From assembly GCA_017410145.1 (NCBI GenBank), contig JAFQRJ010000006.1, forward strand, positions 21,062-85,061: a DNA stretch of 64,000 nt, read 5' to 3'. Shown here piece by piece: positions 9,007-18,317 of this stretch; within the stretch, counting starts at the first letter, position 1; each line of letters starts with the position of its first letter. The stretch is from Tyzzerella sp. Its GTDB lineage: Bacteria > Bacillota > Clostridia > Lachnospirales > Lachnospiraceae. The notes beneath the pieces were generated by a model. That model searched no databases. It saw only the letters and a list, made by a program, of their open reading frames with translations, and was not told where the DNA came from. A program made the position numbers and the translations under genes.

Positions 9007-10215
9007 ATGCTTTGTCAGTTTTCATTTCAGAATTTTAAGTCCTACAAGGACGAAACAACATTTGATTTACAGGCGACAACTATTTCAGAGTTTAAGGATA
9101 GTTTGATTAAAAGAGCGAAGTGTAGTGAACTTTTGCCGATTAGCGTTATCTATGGTCCAAATGGCGGAGGAAAGAGTAATCTATTGCAAGCATTGGCAAG
9201 TTTGATTACTACAGTTGTAAAGCCTGTTCATGAATTGGGAAACACAAGGAAGTCGATTGTCATACAACAGAGATTTTTGGCTGAGCCATTTCTGTATGAT
9301 GCAGTTTCAACGAATGAACCAACGGAATTCCAAATATTTTTCAGAACAGACGAGTATGAATATCGTTACTACCTAGCTCTTTTAAAGGATGAGGTATATG
9401 CGGAGACGTTGGATAGAAAAACATTTGGTGGAAAGAAGCCGGCTCGTATTTTCTATCGAGAAGGAGAGGAAATCACGCTTGGCACCATTTTGAAGAAGGA
9501 AAGTGTAAATACCAAGGTTAATGAGAAGATGCCATTTTTATCATTTTTGGCTATTAACTATAATATTCCGGTTATTACTGATGTACAGGAATGGTTTGAA
9601 TCATGCATTATTCGTAGTTATAGCAATCCCATGGCAGAAATGGAAATCATGTTTTCCGAGGATTCAAAGGTTAAGAAGCAGATACTTATGCTTTTGAATG
9701 ATATGGGTATTGATGTCGAGGATTACCGATATGACAATGAGGAAAAGCAGTTATTCTTGAAGAGAACAATTGATGGAACAGCTTATGAGTTGAAGTTGAG
9801 TCAGGAATCAGATGGTACGAAGAAGTTAATTGCTGCATTGCCGGTAGTTCTTGTGGCATTGCTAGAAGGACGATTGGTGATTATTGATGAATTGGATGCA
9901 AAGTTACACCCAAAGCTTTTGCGATATGTAATTTCGATGTTTAAGAATCCAAAGATTAATAAGCGTGGAGCACAGTTGTTATTTACATCACACGATATGG
10001 CAACAATGAAGAATACAGTATTTCGTAGAGATGAAATATGGTTTGCAGCATTAAATGCTAAGCGAAGTAGTGAAATTTATTCTCTTTATGAGATTCGTCG
10101 TGAAGATAATGAGAGAGTAAAGAGTACAGCTGCATTTGATAAGCAGTATATGGAAGGCAGATATGGCGCTGATCCATACTTGCAAAATATGCTAAGCGGA
10201 GGTGACTGGATTTGA
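9007..10215 (+). CDS. RloA-like / AAA_21 ABC-type ATPase (abortive infection associated)
   Basis: FQNFKSYKD, Walker A IYGPNGGGKSN, signature ESDGTKKL, Walker B IIDELD..LHP, QLLFTSHD, RRDEIWF, YMEGRYGADP. Confidence 0.88.
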   Translation: MLCQFSFQNFKSYKDETTFDLQATTISEFKDSLIKRAKCSELLPISVIYGPNGGGKSNLLQALASLITTVVKPVHELGNTRKSIVIQQRFLAEPFLYDAVSTNEPTEFQIFFRTDEYEYRYYLALLKDEVYAETLDRKTFGGKKPARIFYREGEEITLGTILKKESVNTKVNEKMPFLSFLAINYNIPVITDVQEWFESCIIRSYSNPMAEMEIMFSEDSKVKKQILMLLNDMGIDVEDYRYDNEEKQLFLKRTIDGTAYELKLSQESDGTKKLIAALPVVLVALLEGRLVIIDELDAKLHPKLLRYVISMFKNPKINKRGAQLLFTSHDMATMKNTVFRRDEIWFAALNAKRSSEIYSLYEIRREDNERVKSTAAFDKQYMEGRYGADPYLQNMLSGGDWI

Positions 10216-10886
10216 GTTTAAAACCTCCAAAGAAGAGTGACATGAGTAAGTCATGGATGAAAAAGAAACCGGATCGAGGAATCAAGATACATCCAGAGTA
10301 CCATTTGATTATTTCAGAAGGAACAGATACAGAACCAGCATATTTCGGAACTATTAAGGATATTATCAACAAGCAATACCCAGAGAAAATACAGCTAGAC
10401 GTATCTGGTGCAGGAGATAATACAGTTCATCTATTTGAAAAAGCAAAGGCGTTAGCTAAGAATAATCCCAATCAGTATCGACATGTCTGGGTGGTTTATG
10501 ATACAGATGATTTTCCGGCAGAACATATTGACATGGTAGTACATTTATGTAATGAAAATAGTACAGAAGAAACGGAATATCATCCGATATGGTCTAATCA
10601 GTGTGTGGAACTTTGGTTTTTATTACATTTCTGTTTTATGCAATCGGACATTCATAGAACAGAATATTGGCCAAAGTTAACAGAGTGGCTAAATCAAATA
10701 GATGCGGGAGCATATGTTAAAAACCGAACAGATATGTATCAGATATTACGTCCTTTTATGGATACTGCAATTGCCAATGCGAAAAAATTGAATGCAATTA
10801 ATGAAGGAAGATTACCATCAAAAGCCGCACCGGGAACGAAGGTGTATGAGTTGGTAGAAATGTTAAAACCGTATTTGACGGAATAG
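10212..10886 (+). CDS. RloB-like protein (AbiLii family, TOPRIM-like)
   Basis: LIISEGTDTEPAYF, VWVVYDTDD, WSNQCVELWFLLHF, PGTKVYELVE; TTG start overlaps the ATPase stop. Confidence 0.88.
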   Translation: MSLKPPKKSDMSKSWMKKKPDRGIKIHPEYHLIISEGTDTEPAYFGTIKDIINKQYPEKIQLDVSGAGDNTVHLFEKAKALAKNNPNQYRHVWVVYDTDDFPAEHIDMVVHLCNENSTEETEYHPIWSNQCVELWFLLHFCFMQSDIHRTEYWPKLTEWLNQIDAGAYVKNRTDMYQILRPFMDTAIANAKKLNAINEGRLPSKAAPGTKVYELVEMLKPYLTE

Positions 10887-10917
10887 AGGACAAAAGATGT
10901 ATAGATAAGTTTGTATG

Positions 10918-10966
10918 ATGTCAGTAGTATAACTACGCATAAAGCGAGTTATGTACTGACATTTTT
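10918..10966 (+). terminator. Terminator after RloB
   Basis: ATGTCAGTA...TACTGACAT followed by T-run. Confidence 0.75.
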
Positions 10967-11071
10967 GATAAAAGGGGTAGAATTAAATAATAAAATGAAT
11001 AGCAAAGATAATTGAATTTTCACTTCTTTCATGATAAAATGTCGCCTAGATGTTAGAAAAGAGGACGAAAA

Positions 11072-11776
11072 ATGTCGGAATATAAACAGGCGTTTAAGAA
11101 GGCATTTCCATATACGATTCCTGTTCTCACAGGCTATCTGTTTATTGGAATTGCTTTTGGAGTAATGTACGCAGAAAAAGGATATTCTTTCTTATGGGCG
11201 ATACTTATGAGTGTCATGGTGTACGCAGGTTCAGGACAATATCTGGCAGTCAATTTTTTTGTGCCTGGTATTTCTTTTATTCAGGTTATTTTCCTGACCT
11301 TTATGGTAAATGTGCGACATGTCTTTTACGGGATATCGCTGTTAGAGAGATTTAATAAAATAGGAAAAAAGAGATGGTATATGATCTTTGCATTGACAGA
11401 TGAAAGTTATTCTCTGCTTTGTACAACCAAGGTGCCAAAGGGAGTCAATGAAGCCAAGTTCTTGTTTGCAATTTCAGTGCTTGACCACTTATATTGGATC
11501 TTGGGTTCTGCCATAGGTGCAATTGCAAAAACTTTGCTCCCAATCAGCTCGGAAGGCATTGAATTTGCCATGACAGCACTGTTCGTTGTTATCTTTATTG
11601 AACAATGGATGGAGAGCAAAAACCGAATTCCGGAGTTGATTGGAGTGGTAGTTGCTGTTAGTAGTTTGTTAGTCTTTGGTGCAAATAATTTTGTATTACC
11701 CGCGATGCTGGTCATTGTGTCATTGCTTTTTGTGGGAAGAAAACAATTAGATAAGGAGGGAGCCGTATGCCGTTAA
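11072..11776 (+). CDS. azlC: AzlC-family branched-chain amino acid exporter subunit
   Basis: GIAFGV, VYAGSGQY, VNVRHVFYG, LTDESYS, EFAMTALF. Confidence 0.9.
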   Translation: MSEYKQAFKKAFPYTIPVLTGYLFIGIAFGVMYAEKGYSFLWAILMSVMVYAGSGQYLAVNFFVPGISFIQVIFLTFMVNVRHVFYGISLLERFNKIGKKRWYMIFALTDESYSLLCTTKVPKGVNEAKFLFAISVLDHLYWILGSAIGAIAKTLLPISSEGIEFAMTALFVVIFIEQWMESKNRIPELIGVVVAVSSLLVFGANNFVLPAMLVIVSLLFVGRKQLDKEGAVCR

Positions 11777-12099
11777 GTGCAGGAATGTCGTTTCTGATTA
11801 TTGTTGTAGTTGCAATTACAACATTTGCAACACGTGTGATTCCCTTTCTTGTTTTTCCAAAGGGAAAGGAAATTCCTAAGACCGTGCAGTATTTAGGGAA
11901 GGTTTTGACACCGGCGGTTATCGGTATGCTGGTGGTGTATTGTCTAAAAGGTACAACCATACTTTCCAAACCGTATGGAATACCAGAGGCAGTTTCCGTA
12001 CTGGTTGTAGCAGTGTTACATATTTGGAAACGCAACAATCTACTCAGTATTGGGGTTGGAACCGTACTATATATGTTTTTGGTACAGGTCGTTTTCTGA
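11767..12099 (+). CDS. azlD: AzlD-family exporter subunit
   Basis: TRVIPF, YLGKVLTPAVIGMLVVY, LHIWKRNNLLSIGVGT; overlaps azlC. Confidence 0.9.
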   Translation: MPLSAGMSFLIIVVVAITTFATRVIPFLVFPKGKEIPKTVQYLGKVLTPAVIGMLVVYCLKGTTILSKPYGIPEAVSVLVVAVLHIWKRNNLLSIGVGTVLYMFLVQVVF

Positions 12100-12177
12100 T
12101 GCAAAAAAGGAAACTAAGTATTGTTTGAGAGAAAAGCATGTGCTAAAATGACTAGATAAGGAAATTTAGGAGGAAGT

Positions 12178-13944
12178 ATGAAGAAATTAGTTGATTTACT
12201 AACATTCGAACTGGAAAATGCGTTTGAAAAAGCAGGTTATGATAAACAGTATGCAAAAGTAACGTTGTCAAACAGACCTGATTTATGTGAATATCAATGT
12301 AATGGCGCAATGGCAGCTGTGAAGGTTTATAGAAAAGCACCAATCATGATTGCAAATGATGTAGTTGCTGCGTTGGAAGGCTGCGTTTGCATTGAAAAAG
12401 TAGAGGCGGTAAATCCGGGATTTATCAATATTACATTGGATGCAGCATTTGTTGCAGAGTATTTGAAAAATATGAATGCCGAGGAGAAACTTGGTGTATC
12501 AGAACCTAATAAGGTGAAAACGATTGTAGTTGATTATGGCGGAGCAAATGTTGCAAAAGCGCTCCATGTAGGTCATCTTCGTCCTGCTATTATTGGCGAA
12601 AGTGTGAAGCGTATTGGAAGATATGTTGGGCATCAAGTAATTGGTGATGTGCATTTGGGTGACTGGGGCTCTCAAATGGGGCTTGTCATGATGGAATTAA
12701 AGAGGAGACAGCCAGAACTTCCATATTTTGACGAGTCATTTGAGGGAGAGTATCCAAAAGAGTCGCCATTTACAATTGAAGAGCTTGGAGAGATTTATCC
12801 GACAGCAAGTGCCTATGCAAAAGAAAATGAAGCATTTAAAGAAGAGGCACTTCAGGCCACATATTTGTTGCAAAATGGGCACAGGGGTTATACGGCTTTG
12901 TGGCGACATATTATGAATGTATCTTTGCCGGATTTAAAGAAAAATTACAGTGCATTAAATGTAGAGTTTGACCTTTGGAAGGGTGAGGCAGATGCAAAGC
13001 CTTACATTGCAGATATGGTGCAGTATCTGAAAGATGAAGGATACGCTCGTGAAGACCAAGGTGCTTTAGTAGTTGATGTTAAAGAAGATACTGATACGAA
13101 AGAGGTTCCACCGTGCATGATTTTAAAATCCGATGGAGCGGCATTGTATGCGACAACAGACCTTGCAACCTTGGTGGAGCGCGAAAAATTGTATCAACCA
13201 GACCAAGTGGTTTATGTTACAGACAAGCGTCAGGAAATGCATTTTGAGCAGGTGTTCCGCTGTGCAAAGAAGACAGGCATTGTACGTCAAGAAACGGAAC
13301 TGAAACACATTGGTTTCGGTACCATGAATGGAAAGGACGGAAAGCCGTTTAAGACTAGAGATGGCGGCGTAATGCGTCTGGAAGAACTTGTTGGTGATAT
13401 TAACGATAAGATGTATGAGAAAATTATTGAAAATCGTGCTATCGAAGAGGAAGAAGCAAGAGAAACTGCTAAAAAGGTTGGTTTGGCAGCATTGAAATAC
13501 GGCGACTTGTCAAATCAGGCAGCAAAGGATTACGTATTTGATGTTGACCGTTTCATTTCCTTTGAAGGAAATACAGGTCCGTATATTTTATATACCATTG
13601 TACGTATCAAATCTATTCTGGCAAAATATGTAGAAAGCGGTAAGGAAGTTGCACTTTGTGAAATTCAAAAAGCAGAGTCGGCAAGTGCAAAAGCATTGAT
13701 GCTGGAAGTTGCGAAGTTTAATTCCGTCATGGAAGGCGCATATGAAGAACTGGCACCACACAAGATTTGTGCATATATTTATGATTTGTCAAATGCGTTT
13801 AACCGTTTTTATCATGAGACAAAGATTTTATCGGAAGAAAACGAGGCAAGAAAGGCAGGTTATATTGCACTGCTTTCTATTACAAAACGTGTGTTAGAAA
13901 CATGTATCGATGTGCTTGGTTTTGAAGCACCGGAAAGGATGTAA
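12178..13944 (+). CDS. argS: Arginine--tRNA ligase
   Basis: NVAKALHVGHLR (HIGH), HLGDWG, KSDGAALYATTDLA, KPFKTR, FEGNTGPY, C-terminal APERM. Confidence 0.97.
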   Translation: MKKLVDLLTFELENAFEKAGYDKQYAKVTLSNRPDLCEYQCNGAMAAVKVYRKAPIMIANDVVAALEGCVCIEKVEAVNPGFINITLDAAFVAEYLKNMNAEEKLGVSEPNKVKTIVVDYGGANVAKALHVGHLRPAIIGESVKRIGRYVGHQVIGDVHLGDWGSQMGLVMMELKRRQPELPYFDESFEGEYPKESPFTIEELGEIYPTASAYAKENEAFKEEALQATYLLQNGHRGYTALWRHIMNVSLPDLKKNYSALNVEFDLWKGEADAKPYIADMVQYLKDEGYAREDQGALVVDVKEDTDTKEVPPCMILKSDGAALYATTDLATLVEREKLYQPDQVVYVTDKRQEMHFEQVFRCAKKTGIVRQETELKHIGFGTMNGKDGKPFKTRDGGVMRLEELVGDINDKMYEKIIENRAIEEEEARETAKKVGLAALKYGDLSNQAAKDYVFDVDRFISFEGNTGPYILYTIVRIKSILAKYVESGKEVALCEIQKAESASAKALMLEVAKFNSVMEGAYEELAPHKICAYIYDLSNAFNRFYHETKILSEENEARKAGYIALLSITKRVLETCIDVLGFEAPERM

Positions 13945-13950
13945 CAACCG

Positions 13951-15105
13951 ATGACAGAAAAGTTATTTTATGAAGACAGCCATATGATAACCTTCTCTGC
14001 AGTTGTGGAAGCTTGTGAAAAAGTGGGAGAATATTATGAGGCGGTTCTAGATAGAACTGCCTTTTTTCCTGAAGGCGGCGGACAATTTGCAGACACAGGT
14101 GTAATTGATGGAGTAAAGGTGTTGGATGCACAAGAAAAAGAGGGAATTATTTATCATAAGATGGAGGCACCTTTAGAAGTTGGAAAACAAGTGAAAGGCA
14201 TGATTGACTGGGAGGAACGTTTTTCTAAAATGCAACAGCATTCTGGGGAACATATTGTATCCGGACTTGTGCATGCGGCCTATGGCTATGACAATGTAGG
14301 GTTCCATATGGGAACAGATGCTATTACCATTGATTTTAACGGGGTACTGACAAAAGAGCAGTTGAAAGAGATTGAAAAAAAGGCCAACGAAGCAGTGGTT
14401 GCAAACCTAGATGTGCAGGTACAATATCCGACAAAGGAAGAATTGGCTCATATCAAGTACCGCAGCAAAATCGAAATTGAAGGTCAGGTGCGACTTGTGA
14501 CTGTGCCGGGCCATGATGCCTGCGCTTGCTGTGCACCGCATGTAAAAAAGACCGGGGAAATCGGTTTGATTAAGTTGATTGGTCTACAGAACTACAAGGG
14601 CGGAGTCCGTGTGTCCATGTTATGCGGGACTCGTGCCATTGCAGATTTTGATGAAAAGTCGGAAAGTATGAAGCGGTTATCCGTGATGCTTTCTGCACCG
14701 GAGACGGAAGTTGTACAGGAAGTGGAGCGATTGAAAGAAGAAATTTCCGGATACAAATATGAGATGGCAAAGCTACAGCAGAAGATTTTAGAATACAAAG
14801 CAAGCCTTTATGAAGGGGTACAAGATTCGGTTGTTTTGTTTGACAGTGAACTAGAAGGGAATGCACCGAGAGAATTGGTGAATTTAATTCTGGATAAACA
14901 GGTGAAAGTTGTAGCAGTTTTTGCTCGGACAGGTGAAAATCAATATCGTTATGTAATCGGAAGCAGAGTGATGGATGTCAGACCATTTGCTAAAATCTTG
15001 AATGAAAAATTTCAAGGAAGAGGCGGTGGAAAACCGGAGATGGTACAAGGCTCTGTAACTGGAACCGAAAGAGAAATTTGTGATGCGTTTGATTTGTTTT
15101 TGTGA
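13951..15105 (+). CDS. AlaX-type alanyl-tRNA editing protein with C-terminal DHHA1 domain
   Basis: DRTAFFPEGGGQ, QQHSGEH, CCAPH zinc motif, GRGGGKPEMVQG. Confidence 0.88.
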   Translation: MTEKLFYEDSHMITFSAVVEACEKVGEYYEAVLDRTAFFPEGGGQFADTGVIDGVKVLDAQEKEGIIYHKMEAPLEVGKQVKGMIDWEERFSKMQQHSGEHIVSGLVHAAYGYDNVGFHMGTDAITIDFNGVLTKEQLKEIEKKANEAVVANLDVQVQYPTKEELAHIKYRSKIEIEGQVRLVTVPGHDACACCAPHVKKTGEIGLIKLIGLQNYKGGVRVSMLCGTRAIADFDEKSESMKRLSVMLSAPETEVVQEVERLKEEISGYKYEMAKLQQKILEYKASLYEGVQDSVVLFDSELEGNAPRELVNLILDKQVKVVAVFARTGENQYRYVIGSRVMDVRPFAKILNEKFQGRGGGKPEMVQGSVTGTEREICDAFDLFL

Positions 15106-15123
15106 GTATCACCATAATTTGGA

Positions 15124-15176
15124 TGTTACAAAAATGTTAAAAATATATTGCAAATACATGTCTGATGATATATAAT
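15124..15176 (+). promoter_or_regulatory. WalR-type box and SigA promoter upstream of NlpC/P60 hydrolase
   Basis: TGTTAC-N5-TGTTAA (15124-15140) matches TGTWAH-N5-TGTWAH; TTGCAA-N17-TATAAT (15148-15176). Confidence 0.65.
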
Positions 15177-15216
15177 TTTTGTATAAGGTAGATGGTATTA
15201 TGCAATTACATCTAGT

Positions 15217-15245
15217 AAGAGAGTCTGTTTGGTCAGACTCTTTTT
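15217..15245 (+). terminator. Terminator-like hairpin inside the 5' leader of the NlpC/P60 gene
   Basis: AGAGTCTG-TTTGGT-CAGACTCT followed by T-run, 35 nt before the start codon. Confidence 0.6.
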
Positions 15246-15279
15246 ATGGGAAGAAATAAAACATAAAAAGGTGTTATAA

Positions 15280-16245
15280 ATGAAAAGATTATATAGAACA
15301 ATGTTACTACTTGTTATGGCGTTTGTGATGCTGGGAACTACTGTGTTTGCTACGCCGGCAAGTGATAAAGAAAAAGCAGAAAAAGAATTAAAACAAGCCA
15401 AGAGCACGATGACAAGTCTTATGAAGAAAATCAATAAGGCAGAAAAAGACTTGGTTGAAGTCGGTGCGGCGATTATTCAGGCAGAAGAGGATTTAGAAGA
15501 GACAGAAGAAAAAGAAAAAGAGCAATATGAGGCAATGAAACGTCGTATTGTTGTTATGTATGAAAGTGGAAATGGTTCCATGCTTGCAAAAGTTCTTGAA
15601 TCCGGAAACTTCGCCGAGATGTTGAAGCAGATTGAAAATGTGCAGACGATTCATGAGTATGACAGAGCGCAGTTGGAAGAATTTGTGAAGACAAAAGAAA
15701 AGATAGAAGATTTAAAGGCTTCTCTGGAAAATGACATGGCAATCATTAAAAAGAAGCAGAAGCAATACAAGAAAGATAAAGATGATTTGAATAGAACTAT
15801 TGCTAATCTGGAAGGAAAGATTGATGATTTGGAAGACCAGATTGCAAGAGCTGCACAGAATGCATCCAATTCAGGTGGTTCTTCAAACAATTACGTTCCA
15901 CCGGTTGGAACAGGTGGTGGCGGAGCCATTGTTTCCGCAGCATATAAATACATGGGAGTTCCATACAGATGGGGTGGGACAAGCATGAAAGGGATTGACT
16001 GTTCCGGACTTGTTATGAGAGCTCACGAAGCAATTGGTGTCAGATTGGCACATTATTCCGGCTCTATCGGAAGCGGCGGACGAAGAGTTTCAAAGGCTGA
16101 CAGACAGCCGGGAGATGTAGTATGTTATTCCGGTCATGTTGGAATATATGTGGGTAATGGCATGATGATACATGCACCACAGACAGGAGACGTTGTAAGA
16201 GTAGTAAAAGTATACGGCTCACCTTGGTATCGTAGATATTGGTAG
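15280..16245 (+). CDS. Secreted coiled-coil NlpC/P60 peptidoglycan endopeptidase (CwlO/PcsB-like)
   Basis: Signal peptide, long coiled coil, GVPYRWGG..GIDCSGLV, PGDVV, GHVGIYVGNGMMIHAP. Confidence 0.92.
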   Translation: MKRLYRTMLLLVMAFVMLGTTVFATPASDKEKAEKELKQAKSTMTSLMKKINKAEKDLVEVGAAIIQAEEDLEETEEKEKEQYEAMKRRIVVMYESGNGSMLAKVLESGNFAEMLKQIENVQTIHEYDRAQLEEFVKTKEKIEDLKASLENDMAIIKKKQKQYKKDKDDLNRTIANLEGKIDDLEDQIARAAQNASNSGGSSNNYVPPVGTGGGGAIVSAAYKYMGVPYRWGGTSMKGIDCSGLVMRAHEAIGVRLAHYSGSIGSGGRRVSKADRQPGDVVCYSGHVGIYVGNGMMIHAPQTGDVVRVVKVYGSPWYRRYW

Positions 16246-16262
16246 AAACGTAGATGTTAATT

Positions 16263-16308
16263 AAATAGGTGGTTTAGACCTTATGAAAGGTTTAAACCAC
16301 CTATTTTT
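16263..16308. terminator. Bidirectional terminator
   Basis: AAATAGGTGGTTTAGACC...GGTTTAAACCACCTATTT between convergent genes. Confidence 0.8.
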
Positions 16309-17242
16309 AATGTGTTATAAAATCTTTGATTTGGTGATAAATAATATCCATCAAATTCGTACGAGCTTCCACACTTGCCCAAGCAATATGTGGGGTAATT
16401 AAAAGACGTTTGCTGTCCTTGAATGGAAGGAATGGGCTGTTTGGCCTCATCGGTTCTTCGCACAGTACATCCAAACCAGCTGCAGCAATTGTTTTGTTAT
16501 CTAAAGCGCTGGCAAGGTCTTTTTCTACCACAATGGCTCCACGACCTAAGTTTAAGAAAATGGCGGTTTCTTTCATTTTTGTGAAAGCCTCTGCATTCAT
16601 TAACCCCTCTGTTTCAGGAGTGAGTGGTGCGTGTACAGAAATAATATCTGAAGTGTTTAGTAAGGTGTCAAAATCGACACGGGCATAATTCTCCTGATTA
16701 TTCTTGCCTGACGTTGAATAATAAATCACATTAGCTCCAAACATTTTTGCAATATCTGCAACTCGGCGGCCAATGGCACCAAGGCCGATAATACCCCAGG
16801 TTTTTCCATTTATCTCGTGGAAATGTTCTGCAAAGTGCGTAAATAAGGTATCGTTTGCATATTGTTCGTTTTTGACATAAGCATCATAATAACTTAATTT
16901 CTCTAAAAGGTAAAATAACATTGCAAAGGTGTGTTGGGCAACTGACTCCGTGGAGTATCCAGCCACGTTTCTCCATGCAATATTTCTTTTGGCTAAATAT
17001 TCTTTGTCTAGGTTGTTTGTTCCTGTTGCAGTAACACAGACTAACTTCAAATTTTGTGCGTTTCCGATGCTTTCTTCATTAATCACACATTTATTTGTAA
17101 TAATCACCTCTGCATCGAAGCAGCGTTCGGGAATCTGCTCCGAGGTGGAAAAATCATAGGTTATAAATTCGCCTAGGTTATTATATTTTGACAAATCAAT
17201 GTCTTCACCGACACTTTTTGCATCTAGGAATACTATTTTCAT
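16307..17242 (-). CDS. D-isomer-specific 2-hydroxyacid dehydrogenase (glycerate dehydrogenase-like)
   Basis: GIIGLGAIG, SVHAPLT, NLGRG, AGLDV..EP, ITPHIAW. Confidence 0.92.
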   Translation of the reverse strand: MKIVFLDAKSVGEDIDLSKYNNLGEFITYDFSTSEQIPERCFDAEVIITNKCVINEESIGNAQNLKLVCVTATGTNNLDKEYLAKRNIAWRNVAGYSTESVAQHTFAMLFYLLEKLSYYDAYVKNEQYANDTLFTHFAEHFHEINGKTWGIIGLGAIGRRVADIAKMFGANVIYYSTSGKNNQENYARVDFDTLLNTSDIISVHAPLTPETEGLMNAEAFTKMKETAIFLNLGRGAIVVEKDLASALDNKTIAAAGLDVLCEEPMRPNSPFLPFKDSKRLLITPHIAWASVEARTNLMDIIYHQIKDFITH

Positions 17243-17272
17243 GAAAAACCTCCGTAATTCTTATTTTATATC

Positions 17273-17333
17273 ATTATAGGGAGTCCGTGTAAGTATGTCA
17301 AATGTTGACTTGCATAGGAAGAAAATATATAAT
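17273..17333. promoter_or_regulatory. Back-to-back divergent SigA promoters
   Basis: Minus strand: TTGACA(17301-17296)-N17-TATAAT(17278-17273); plus strand: TTGACT(17305)-N17-TATAAT(17328-17333). Confidence 0.75.
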
Positions 17334-17373
17334 TCATGTATATGTAATTTGAGCGAAAAAGAGAGGATAAAAA

Positions 17374-18315
17374 GTGATGCTAAATAAGCTGAAAGAAAAT
17401 ATTGAAAAAGTAATTATTGGAAAAGGTGAAGTGATTGACTTGGTGCTTACGGCACTTATTGCCGATGGTCACGTACTGTTGGAGGACATGCCTGGCACCG
17501 GTAAAACGATGCTTGCCAAAGCCCTGGCACGTTCGCTGAATGTTCCGTTTTCAAGGGTACAAATGACACCGGATTTACTTCCTTCTGATGTTACAGGTCT
17601 TTCTATATATAACGTAAAGAGCGGAGAGTTTGAATTTCACAAAGGTCCTGTGTTCACAAACATTTTGCTGGCGGATGAAATCAATCGTGCAACGCCAAGA
17701 ACACAGGCGAGTTTGTTGGAGTGTATGGAGGAGAAACAGGTTACGATTGACGGTGTGACAAGAAAATTAGAGAAGCCGTTTTTTGTGATTGCAACTCAGA
17801 ATCCGTTAGAGACATCCGGAACCTTTCCTTTGCCTGAGGCTCAATTGGACCGTTTTACGATGTTGCTTAGTATGGGACCGATGGAAGCCTTGCAAGAACG
17901 TATGATTTTGGAGCAGTATAGACTGAAAAATCCGATTGATGAGATTACTGCTGTAGCAGGTGTGGATGAAATTATAGAGTTGCAAAAGTCCTGCAGAGAG
18001 ATATATATCCATCCGGAACTTTTGGAGTATTTGCAGAACATCTGTGTGGCAACCAGAAAACGCAAAGAAATTCGAGTTGGTGTCAGTGTGCGTGGTGCCT
18101 TGGCATTTATGCGTACCGTACAGGCTTATGCTTGCCTGAAGGGTAGAACCTATGTTGTGCCGGAAGATATCAAGAAATTGGCGATTCCTGTGTTGGCACA
18201 CCGCTTGGTACTTGAAGGAAGTTTCTATCTTCAGGATGCGGCAAGAACGCAAATGGAATTGATTTTAAAGGAGATACCGGTGCCTACTGAGGAATGGGGT
18301 AACGCGAAAGGATAG
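17374..18315 (+). CDS. MoxR-family AAA+ ATPase
   Basis: GHVLLEDMPGTGKT, TPDLLPSD, LADEINRATPRTQASLLE, ATQNP, LPEAQLDRF. Confidence 0.95.
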   Translation: MMLNKLKENIEKVIIGKGEVIDLVLTALIADGHVLLEDMPGTGKTMLAKALARSLNVPFSRVQMTPDLLPSDVTGLSIYNVKSGEFEFHKGPVFTNILLADEINRATPRTQASLLECMEEKQVTIDGVTRKLEKPFFVIATQNPLETSGTFPLPEAQLDRFTMLLSMGPMEALQERMILEQYRLKNPIDEITAVAGVDEIIELQKSCREIYIHPELLEYLQNICVATRKRKEIRVGVSVRGALAFMRTVQAYACLKGRTYVVPEDIKKLAIPVLAHRLVLEGSFYLQDAARTQMELILKEIPVPTEEWGNAKG

Positions 18316-18317
18316 CT

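Noticed and set aside
8759-10966. Integrative element with attL/attR at tRNA-Arg
   Set aside because: I found no duplicate of the tRNA 3' end downstream and no integrase
15192-15215. Leader peptide MVLCNYI in the NlpC/P60 leader
   Set aside because: The SD-like TAAGGT is only 2 nt from the ATG and there is no regulatory codon run
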